This document shows, piece by piece, positions 36,987 to 45,011 of a stretch of 64,000 nucleotides of DNA (the first letter of the stretch is position 1; every line of letters begins with the position of its first letter). The DNA is taken from the IMG/VR virus record IMGVR_UViG_3300032285_001531. One strand, given 5' to 3'. The position numbers and the translations under genes were made by a program. The DNA is from a virus. Its lineage: Duplodnaviria; Caudoviricetes. The notes under the pieces are model-generated. The model worked only from the letters and a program-made list of their open reading frames with translations. It was not told the origin of the DNA and did no database searches.

Positions 36987-39061
36987 AGATTAAAAACGTT
37001 ATAAGCGAAGATTTACCCCCACCAGAAAATGCACGTAAGACACAGATTGCTGGCACATTACCTACATACAAGAAGGCAGCTGCCATGCTTGATAAGACAG
37101 GTGTAAAGGGCAAGGCATTAGACTTTGGTGCAGGATTAGGTTTAGGCACAGGTGAGTTAGGAAAAGATGCAGAAAGCTATGAGCCTTATCCAGGCGAAAA
37201 GTTCAAGCCACACTTTGTCGATGTAACACAGATACCAGATAATGCATATCATAAGATTGTAAACTTAAATGTATTGAATGTTGTTCCAAATGCAGGTGAT
37301 CAAAGAATACGTGATGCCATTGTTAAGAACATTGGTCGTGTACTAGCACCAGGTGGTGTAGCAATTATTACTACACGTGGTAAAGATGTATTAACTATCA
37401 AAGGTACTCCTGGCGAAGAGCCAATGAGCATGATTAGTAAGATAGGTACATATCAAAAAGGCTTCTCGCAAACTGAACTAAAACAATATGTTCAAAGTGT
37501 ATTAGGTGACGGCTTTGATGTATCTAGTGTTAAGTTAGGCCCAGCTGGTGTAATGATTAAGAAACATGACCAGTATAACGAAGAATGGAGTGCCAAATAC
37601 AAGCGTAGTATTAATTGTAGTCATCCAAAAGGATTTAGTCAAAAAGCACATTGTGCTGGTAAGAAGAAGCACAATGAAAGTGTTGAGATGGAAATGGTAT
37701 GTGAAGATTGCGGCATGTGCCAAACACACGGAGATAATACAAAAGATAAATTAGATGAGTTGAAATGCTGGTCTGGATATCATAGAGTTGCCGGTACCAA
37801 AGCAGGCTTTCCGGGTAGTTGTGCAAAAAATAAAACTAACGAGGAACAAGATATGTCAGAAGGTCGTGAACAATGTCCTGAATGCGGTGGTGCAATGTAT
37901 TCAGAAGAAATGATTAATGAAAAGAAAGATGCTTGCTACTATAAAGTAAAAAGCCGTTACAAAGTATGGCCAAGTGCCTATGCTAGTGGTGCATTAGTTA
38001 AGTGCCGTAAAAAGGGTGCAAGTAATTGGGGTAATAGTACTAATGAAGATATCGTTTCAGAATATGTAGACCAATTAGATGAGAATTTACATCAGTGGTT
38101 TAAAGAAAAATGGGTACGATTTGGTCCAGATGGTAAGATACGTGGTGATTGTGCTAGAGGTGATGACAGTGAGGGTAAGCCAAAATGTTTACCACAGAGT
38201 AAAGCACACAATTTAGGTAAAAAAGGTCGTGCAAGTGCAGCATCAAGAAAGCGCAGAGAAGATCCTAATCCAGAGCGTACTGGTCCAGCAATCAATGTTA
38301 ACACTAAGAAAAAATCAAATGAAGGTATGGCAGAAGCAACCGGAGACAAGCCATTTGATAATATGATGAAGGGCATTGTTAAAGGTACTACAAAACAAGC
38401 TACTGCTGATCGTAAAGAAAAAGAAAAACAAAGTCAAGAAAGAGCAAGAGCCGCATTTGGAAATATGTTTGGCGGTGGTAATCCTGCAGACAAACTAAGT
38501 ATCAGAAAAAAAACTGACGAAGGCAACGATTTTAACAGAATGATGAATAAGATTAGTTCTTCAGAATCATTGCACACTAGAGAAGCATTAGAACTAATGT
38601 CTGAACTTATGCATCAAGCAGGTGCATCATACAAAGAAGCACTACAGCAAGCAAGTTTAAGTTTTGAAATTGAACCTTCTAAATTACATAAGTTATATCA
38701 GCAAGAAATCACTAGTCTAGAAGAAGGTGAGACATGGGCAAAGCATAACAACCCACGTGCTGGTGGCATGAGTAAGAAATCAGTAAACAGTTATCGCCGT
38801 AGCCATCCTGGCAGTAAAATACAAACAGCAGTTACTACTAAGCCAAGTAAGTTAAAGAAAGGTAGTAAAGCAGCTAAACGCCGTAAGAGTTTCTGCGCTA
38901 GAATGCGTGGCATGAAGAAACATCGTACTGGTGCAAAGACAGCGAGAGATCCAAATAGCAACATCAATAAGTCATTACGTAGATGGCATTGCGAAAGCAT
39001 TGAACAAATGCAAGAGTTGGTAATGTTAGCCGAACAGTTTATTGCAAAACATAAAAAATGA
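36983..39061 (+). CDS. Class I SAM methyltransferase fused to a chain of short basic Cys/His modules
   Basis: ALDFGAGLG, VNLNVLNVVP and TYQKGF; then the modules INCSHPKGFSQKAHC, KKDACYYKVKSRYKVWPSAYAS, WFKEKWV...KPKCLP and RRKSFCARM. Confidence 0.8.
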   Translation: MKIKNVISEDLPPPENARKTQIAGTLPTYKKAAAMLDKTGVKGKALDFGAGLGLGTGELGKDAESYEPYPGEKFKPHFVDVTQIPDNAYHKIVNLNVLNVVPNAGDQRIRDAIVKNIGRVLAPGGVAIITTRGKDVLTIKGTPGEEPMSMISKIGTYQKGFSQTELKQYVQSVLGDGFDVSSVKLGPAGVMIKKHDQYNEEWSAKYKRSINCSHPKGFSQKAHCAGKKKHNESVEMEMVCEDCGMCQTHGDNTKDKLDELKCWSGYHRVAGTKAGFPGSCAKNKTNEEQDMSEGREQCPECGGAMYSEEMINEKKDACYYKVKSRYKVWPSAYASGALVKCRKKGASNWGNSTNEDIVSEYVDQLDENLHQWFKEKWVRFGPDGKIRGDCARGDDSEGKPKCLPQSKAHNLGKKGRASAASRKRREDPNPERTGPAINVNTKKKSNEGMAEATGDKPFDNMMKGIVKGTTKQATADRKEKEKQSQERARAAFGNMFGGGNPADKLSIRKKTDEGNDFNRMMNKISSSESLHTREALELMSELMHQAGASYKEALQQASLSFEIEPSKLHKLYQQEITSLEEGETWAKHNNPRAGGMSKKSVNSYRRSHPGSKIQTAVTTKPSKLKKGSKAAKRRKSFCARMRGMKKHRTGAKTARDPNSNINKSLRRWHCESIEQMQELVMLAEQFIAKHKK

Positions 39062-39969
39062 GAGCAATAGAGTTTTTAGTAGAGTATGATCGTGCTAAGA
39101 CGATGATGAACTTAGGTAATATCCTACATCAAAAAATGTTGAAGGATCGTACTGTACAACGTATATTCGGTGATGACCCTGTAGAGATAATCGATCCGGC
39201 TGTGATAATTGAATTTGCATTAGATAGATTTCAAGAGGCAGATCCTAGTCCTAACAAACAATATGTTCAATGGATAGCAAGAACCTATGCTAAAGATCCT
39301 AACTTCAAATTTGAAGATGTATTAAGTACTGTTCATCCATACTTAGAAAAGTTTTATAAACTAATCAAACGTAAAAAGATTCCTAGTCCACAAAACGATA
39401 TAAACAAGTATTCTGATTTTAAAGTTTTTATGGGAGTACTGGATCAATTTCCTGATCCAGACGGTGAAGCAATACAAAAAGATAAAGGTCATGCTTTCAC
39501 ACTATACGAAGATGATAAGTGGAGAGTTATAGTACCACAAGATGAACCAGCAGCATGTTATTATGGTCAAGGCTCACGTTGGTGTACTAGTGCAACCAAA
39601 GCTAGAAACATGTTTAGCTATTATAATAATATATCTCCATTGCTTATTGCGATTCCAAAAGATCCATTTCATCCAGGTGAGAAGTATCAATTACACTTTG
39701 GTATATCAATTGATGATTACCCAATGAAAAGTGATAGTGATATAGAAGATTATATTAATCAAAATGATGACATGTCTGATTCAGGACTTGATGAAGTACT
39801 TGAGTATGGTCAAATAATGGATGAGCATGATGATCCAATGTCATTCTATGATATGACACGTAGATTGGGTGGTAGTTGGGATGGAATTATTGACGCATAC
39901 ATTGCTAAATTCCCAGATCGTAAATGGCAATTACTTATGAATTTAGAACAAGTTGAAGGTCGTGATTAA
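39058..39969 (+). CDS. PcfJ-like (WCT-motif) protein
   Basis: AACYYGQGSRWCTSA motif with a downstream KYQLHF; N-terminal MRAIEFLVE. Confidence 0.65.
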   Translation: MRAIEFLVEYDRAKTMMNLGNILHQKMLKDRTVQRIFGDDPVEIIDPAVIIEFALDRFQEADPSPNKQYVQWIARTYAKDPNFKFEDVLSTVHPYLEKFYKLIKRKKIPSPQNDINKYSDFKVFMGVLDQFPDPDGEAIQKDKGHAFTLYEDDKWRVIVPQDEPAACYYGQGSRWCTSATKARNMFSYYNNISPLLIAIPKDPFHPGEKYQLHFGISIDDYPMKSDSDIEDYINQNDDMSDSGLDEVLEYGQIMDEHDDPMSFYDMTRRLGGSWDGIIDAYIAKFPDRKWQLLMNLEQVEGRD

Positions 39970-42689
39970 TGAGAGCAACTGAGTTCATCACAGAAGCATT
40001 TGATAAGCCCTATGCATATAACTGGCAGCGTGGTGATCATGGTGATTACGATATACTAGTTAAATTACCAGACGGTTCACCACTAAACATTTCATTCAAT
40101 CACGAAGGTGATGACGTATGGCATGTTGCATTTGATCGTGGGCATAGTCAAGAAATCACTGGTGAAGGTGATGCACAAAGAATATTTGCCACAGTATTAC
40201 ACAGCATTAAACAATTCATTGGTAAACAACATCCAGAGAAGTTATATTTCTCTGCAAGCAAACAAGTTGAACCAGGGCAACGCAGCGAGAGCAGAGCGAA
40301 TTTATATAGTAGAATGATCAAGCGTTATGCTAGTTCTATGGGATATGACTCTGTTACTGATGACTTTGGTAGAGATAGTGTAACGTATATACTAAACAAA
40401 AAGCAAGGTGTGACAGAAGATACCGAAAACAGCATGTCTACTGAAGATATGATTGCTTATCTAAGACAACACCATGATAGTAATCTTCATCAGGACTACA
40501 TAAATCACTTAAACACATTCAGTAAGTTTGTACTACGAGATATTCCAGTGAACACAATTAAAACAGAGTTACCTGGCCTAGATAAAGCAAAAGTAGAACA
40601 ATATAAAAAAATGGATTTCAGCAAGGCACCTCCTATTGTAATGGGAAATGGTCATATCTTAGATGGTTATCACAGAACAACAGTAGCAAAAGCATTAGGT
40701 ATTCCTACTATCAAAGGTTATGTTGGTATTAAACATCAAGGTGTGGCGGAAGGCTCGGAAAACAATGGAATTAGTTTCAAGGTACAAAAAGGTAAAAACA
40801 AATTTGCAACTACTTTAAGTGTTGGTGTCAACCCAGTAGGAGTATACCAATATGATGCTGATACAGGTCGTAGTGTGGCCGAGGTTTATCCAGAATTCAA
40901 AGGCAAAGGATTAGGTAAATTATTAGTTTTACATGCTATCTATACCGCGGCCAAATTGGGATTAGATTTCCAAGAAGATGAATCAAGAACTTCAGAGTAT
41001 GATAATGTATTAGATAGTTTGAGTAGCAACGGTTATATTGTAGATGACGATGGTTATTGGTATGTTACCGGCGAAGGTGAACAATATCTACAACAAGCAT
41101 TAAAGCAAGATGTGGCGGAAGGCTCATTAAACGAAATTTACAAAATGCCGCCTACTAAAGATAGTAGTCAAGGAATGGCAATTTGGGCTTACAATGATGC
41201 AGTAGAAAAAAAGTCGCCTGTGTTTTATAGAGATAACAATGTAATAATTTTCAAATTCAATGAATATTTACTGCGATATATCATATTGCAAGATGGAAAC
41301 CCTGTGTTATATATCGGGTTAAGTAGATTCCTTGATGGATATAAATCCGGTACTGTTGCTACTGAAATAGAAGGGCGCGGCAAGGGTCTGGCACAAAAAG
41401 CATATTTGAATGCCAGTGATATTTTAGGTGTACCAATATATAGTGATACCACACAAACTGATGCAAGTAGGTTGGGTATATGGGATAAACTGATTCAACA
41501 ATATCCAGATAGAATTGTTGGGTACGATCAAAAAACTAACAAGGATTTACCTTTGTCAATGTCTGATAAAGGACCAATAGTGAATCAAAACCAACCAATA
41601 TATGTTAACAATAAAGATACTAATAAACCAATAGCACCAAATCAACGATATAGAACAAGAATTTTAAAACTACTACCTATCAAGCAAGGTGTGGCAGAAG
41701 GCAGAGAAAATTATAATGGTATAAATTTGTTACTTCAGCGAGATGATGATGAAGTTTTTGTTAAAGCCTCAGCAGGTGGTAGAGAATTAGGTCATGTATT
41801 GTTTGTAGATGAAGGTGACTACTTAATGCCACAAGACCTAGAAGTTGATGAACGTTTTCAAGGTCAAGGTATTGCTCAAACAATGTATGACTATGTTAAA
41901 AGCAAAGGATATAAGATACGCCGTAGTGGTCAGCAAACTGCTGCAGGTGCAGGCTTCTGGGACAAACATCGCCCTGAACAGAATGTTTGGGAAGGTACAG
42001 CAGACGATATTAACAAAATGTTTAACAACATGTATGATCCGTTGACAACAAATTTACAACGTGTAGCATTGATGGCTATGCAGGGTAGACAAGATGAAGC
42101 GGGAATGCAGTTGAATCGTGTAATCAAAGATGCAAGTCCAGAAGCACAAAAGAAAATTATTGATGCTGTAAACAATATCAAACCAGTAACAATCAATGGC
42201 AAAGTAGCAGACAGTTCAACATTAGATAAAAGTCATACACATCAAGACTGGATCTTAAACACATTTATTCCTTGGGTAAAGAAAACTATTGGTCATCAAG
42301 ATGTTACTGAAGATGCAACACCTACAATGGGTATCAATGTAAGAAGTGACGGTGATATTGACTATGCTAGTTTAATCATTGATGGCAAGAAAAAATATGA
42401 ATCTCGTCAGACTGATAGTCTTAGACCATATGTTGGTAAAACAGTTGCAATTGTTAGAACTGGTAAAGGTCCTGCAGTTGCAATTGGTCAAGTAACAGTA
42501 GGTGACCCAATTGTAGTAGATGCAGAAAAGTTTGACAAAATGCGCAAACAACATTTAGTACCACAAGGCAGCAAGTTTGATATAGGTATCGATGCTACCA
42601 AATATCTATATCCAATGATTAATCCAGTTCGTTGGGATAATGAAAAACTAGTAAAACAAAAAGGTATTGTTGCTAGAAAGATTGATTAA
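39969..42689 (+). CDS. Modular polyprotein: GNAT-like domains, ParB/Srx-like domain, ASCH domain
   Basis: PPIVM....LDGYHR; V.PEFKGKGLG, E.RGKGLAQ and VDERFQGQGIAQ.MY (GNAT motif A); YASLIIDGKKKYESR (ASCH). Confidence 0.8.
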   Translation: MRATEFITEAFDKPYAYNWQRGDHGDYDILVKLPDGSPLNISFNHEGDDVWHVAFDRGHSQEITGEGDAQRIFATVLHSIKQFIGKQHPEKLYFSASKQVEPGQRSESRANLYSRMIKRYASSMGYDSVTDDFGRDSVTYILNKKQGVTEDTENSMSTEDMIAYLRQHHDSNLHQDYINHLNTFSKFVLRDIPVNTIKTELPGLDKAKVEQYKKMDFSKAPPIVMGNGHILDGYHRTTVAKALGIPTIKGYVGIKHQGVAEGSENNGISFKVQKGKNKFATTLSVGVNPVGVYQYDADTGRSVAEVYPEFKGKGLGKLLVLHAIYTAAKLGLDFQEDESRTSEYDNVLDSLSSNGYIVDDDGYWYVTGEGEQYLQQALKQDVAEGSLNEIYKMPPTKDSSQGMAIWAYNDAVEKKSPVFYRDNNVIIFKFNEYLLRYIILQDGNPVLYIGLSRFLDGYKSGTVATEIEGRGKGLAQKAYLNASDILGVPIYSDTTQTDASRLGIWDKLIQQYPDRIVGYDQKTNKDLPLSMSDKGPIVNQNQPIYVNNKDTNKPIAPNQRYRTRILKLLPIKQGVAEGRENYNGINLLLQRDDDEVFVKASAGGRELGHVLFVDEGDYLMPQDLEVDERFQGQGIAQTMYDYVKSKGYKIRRSGQQTAAGAGFWDKHRPEQNVWEGTADDINKMFNNMYDPLTTNLQRVALMAMQGRQDEAGMQLNRVIKDASPEAQKKIIDAVNNIKPVTINGKVADSSTLDKSHTHQDWILNTFIPWVKKTIGHQDVTEDATPTMGINVRSDGDIDYASLIIDGKKKYESRQTDSLRPYVGKTVAIVRTGKGPAVAIGQVTVGDPIVVDAEKFDKMRKQHLVPQGSKFDIGIDATKYLYPMINPVRWDNEKLVKQKGIVARKID
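40404..42314 (+). repeat. Dispersed 15-18 nt linker repeat encoding Q-[GD]-V-[AT]-E-[GD]
   Basis: Copies at 40404, 40737, 41106, 41685 and 42297, plus degenerate QNVWEG at 41979. Three copies match CAAGRTGTGGCRGAAGGC. Confidence 0.9.
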
Positions 42690-42701
42690 TCTCCAATTTA
42701 G

Positions 42702-42730
42702 TTGTATTCTTAACACATTTCTGCTATAAT
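42702..42730 (+). promoter_or_regulatory. Sigma70-type promoter TTGTAT-17 nt-TATAAT (TG-extended -10)
   Basis: Exact 17-nt spacer; TGC before the -10; ATG at 42737. Confidence 0.8.
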
Positions 42731-42736
42731 AATCTT

Positions 42737-43348
42737 ATGAACAAGATTGGCAATTTTGAATCCATTGGTTGTGATTGTGAGTTTGGATTGGTTCAACGAA
42801 CCTTGAATTACGAACCTATGACTTTATTAAGATGGTCTAGTATAAATTTACACAGTTTAGTTAGAATGATTGACGATGATTTTAAAGATTTAAAAAATAT
42901 TGATACATATGATATTGATAGAAATGACGATTTAGAATACATGGTTACTAATACAAGTTATCATCTTTGGTCACATACTGACACACGACATGACACTTCC
43001 AAATCTGAATTAATAGAATCATCCTTCAAACGAATAAATTATTTGCAACGTCAATTTGTAAAGGAAGCAAAAAATAATAAAAAAATATATGTTCACAAAT
43101 CTAAAAGTATTACTACTGAAGAAATGCAATTATTATATAATGCAATGAAATCATTAGGTGCTGATAGAATTTTATTTGTACTAAAAGACATTGACCTAAA
43201 AAATACGTTTGTTGAATCAGAATTTGGTTTGATTGCTTACATATCTGATTTTTATCCAAACACAAAGTTTGATGAATGGGAATCTATTCTTGATTATGCA
43301 CTTGAGTACTTTAATGAAAATAACATATCCCATAATAAATCAGTCTAA
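42737..43348 (+). CDS. DUF1796-like putative papain-like peptidase/hypothetical protein
   Basis: N-terminal FESIGCDCEFG and RRI..L-like SFKRINYL pattern. Confidence 0.5.
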   Translation: MNKIGNFESIGCDCEFGLVQRTLNYEPMTLLRWSSINLHSLVRMIDDDFKDLKNIDTYDIDRNDDLEYMVTNTSYHLWSHTDTRHDTSKSELIESSFKRINYLQRQFVKEAKNNKKIYVHKSKSITTEEMQLLYNAMKSLGADRILFVLKDIDLKNTFVESEFGLIAYISDFYPNTKFDEWESILDYALEYFNENNISHNKSV

Positions 43349-44462
43349 CGAATTTAGAAAAACAGTTATAGAACAACTTTACTATTTGTCCGAACATATT
43401 AATTCTTTACAAATTGAAAATGATATGTTAATAATTAGTATAGATGATCCTTTATGTGTTGATGAAGCTGAAATTATAACATCGGTAAAAAGAATAATAG
43501 AAACTACGGAAAAAAGTTTTAGAGCCTTTAAAGAAACAATTTCATATGAATCGGAAAACAAATCTACTTACAACTTAGATCCTAATATATGGTTAATTGA
43601 AAACGGTGATTTATTAACACATAGTAATGGAACATATGTTTATACTGGTACTTTAGCAAAAGTTATTACTGGATTAGATAATTTCTTACAAAAATTATGT
43701 ATTAAGTTTGGAGCAGTTGAATATATATTTCCAACTACTATGCCGTTTGACTCATTAAACAACTCAGGATACATAAAATCTTTCCCACAACATGTAGGAT
43801 TTATTTCATATGGTCAAAAAGGATACGATGGTTTTACAAAATTAGTAACTGCTTTAGATGATAATCAAGTTGAAAAATACTTAGGAGACGTTAAATTAAT
43901 ACTAGCACCTACTGTTTGCCATCATTTATTTCAAACTATTAAACTTTCTAAATCTACTAAGAAATTGATTGTTACCGGAAGTTCAAAATGTCATAGAAAT
44001 GAAGATAAAACTGCATATGGAATTGAAAGATTAAACAGTTTCAACATGCGTGAAATAATTTTTATTGATGAACCCGATATAGTATCAAATAAACTAACAG
44101 AGTTTTCAAATATATTAAATGATATTTTTACTAAATGGAATATTTATTTTATAAAAATGAATGCTACTGACCCGTTCTTTGCAGGGGAAATGTCAAATAA
44201 AAAAATATATCAATCTATGCTAGATTTAAAAAACGAGTACAAATTTCATTTACCTTATAGTAATAAATGGCTTGCTACAACTTCTATAAATTATCATAGA
44301 GATAATATACTATATGGATTTGATATTAATACTGATAAGTTGCATTCAGGTTGTATAGCATTTGGATTAGAAAGAATTGCATTAAGTTTATTCTCTCAGT
44401 TTGGTACTAATACTAAAGAATGGCCTACAAATTTAACAGAAGATTTGGGGATTAACCTATGA
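43314..44462 (+). CDS. Amino acid:[carrier protein] ligase (class II SerRS-like)
   Basis: GYIKSFPQH, LAPTVCHH (Zn ligand Cys), CHRNE (motif 2), FNMREIIF, ATDPFF, HSGCIAFGLER (motif 3). Start moved to ATG 43314. Confidence 0.85.
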   Translation: MKITYPIINQSNEFRKTVIEQLYYLSEHINSLQIENDMLIISIDDPLCVDEAEIITSVKRIIETTEKSFRAFKETISYESENKSTYNLDPNIWLIENGDLLTHSNGTYVYTGTLAKVITGLDNFLQKLCIKFGAVEYIFPTTMPFDSLNNSGYIKSFPQHVGFISYGQKGYDGFTKLVTALDDNQVEKYLGDVKLILAPTVCHHLFQTIKLSKSTKKLIVTGSSKCHRNEDKTAYGIERLNSFNMREIIFIDEPDIVSNKLTEFSNILNDIFTKWNIYFIKMNATDPFFAGEMSNKKIYQSMLDLKNEYKFHLPYSNKWLATTSINYHRDNILYGFDINTDKLHSGCIAFGLERIALSLFSQFGTNTKEWPTNLTEDLGINL

Positions 44463-44710
44463 TAGAAGATATTGTAAAATCAGTAATAGAAAAATATGCA
44501 AAAAAACCTATTACCAAAACAGAAAATTTTATTGAAGAAACTGATATTGATTCTTTATCATTAATAAACGTGTTAATGGATTTAGAAGAAGAACTTAACA
44601 TTGAATTTGATTTATCTGTTATGGTCATAGAAGATGTCAGTACCCTAGAAGATATGGTAAATTACGTTACAAAATTAAAGAATCAAGCGTTGCAAATCAG
44701 CAAAAATTAA
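44459..44710 (+). CDS. Acyl/aminoacyl carrier protein
   Basis: DIDSLSLINVLMDLEEELNIEF (phosphopantetheine Ser in DSL); small and acidic. Confidence 0.88.
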   Translation: MIEDIVKSVIEKYAKKPITKTENFIEETDIDSLSLINVLMDLEEELNIEFDLSVMVIEDVSTLEDMVNYVTKLKNQALQISKN

Positions 44711-44718
44711 TATATAAT
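44690..44718 (+). promoter_or_regulatory. Sigma70-type promoter TTGCAA-17 nt-TATAAT
   Basis: Exact 17-nt spacer, upstream of the dsDNA-binding protein/DNA polymerase operon. Confidence 0.7.
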
Positions 44719-44741
44719 TAACTCTTTTATAAGGAAATAAC

Positions 44742-45011
44742 ATGGATACTATTGAATCAAGAACCTTTACCCTCGATCAAAAGACAAAGCTTACCCAAAT
44801 TATCAATGAAGGTATGGCAGTAATGCAAGAGATTGATGACTTGAATGGTGGCTTATCAGACACTATTAAAGCAGTAGCAGAAGAAATGGAAATCAAACCT
44901 AGCGTATTAAAGAAAGCTATTCGTGTAGCACACAAAATGGAATTAGGTAAAACTCAACAAGAGCAAGAATTACTAGAAAACATTCTCACAACTGTAGGAA
45001 AAACTCTTTAA
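44742..45011 (+). CDS. T4 DsbA/GapR-like double-stranded DNA-binding protein
   Basis: Helical pattern I.EG..V..EI.DL...L.DTIKAVAEE.EIKP..L.KAI..AHK. Confidence 0.65.
   Translation: MDTIESRTFTLDQKTKLTQIINEGMAVMQEIDDLNGGLSDTIKAVAEEMEIKPSVLKKAIRVAHKMELGKTQQEQELLENILTTVGKTL

Noticed and set aside
43314-44462. Call as a true seryl-tRNA synthetase
   Set aside because: No recognisable tRNA-binding coiled-coil arm; the PTVCHH motif and adjacent ACP fit an amino acid:[carrier protein] ligase.
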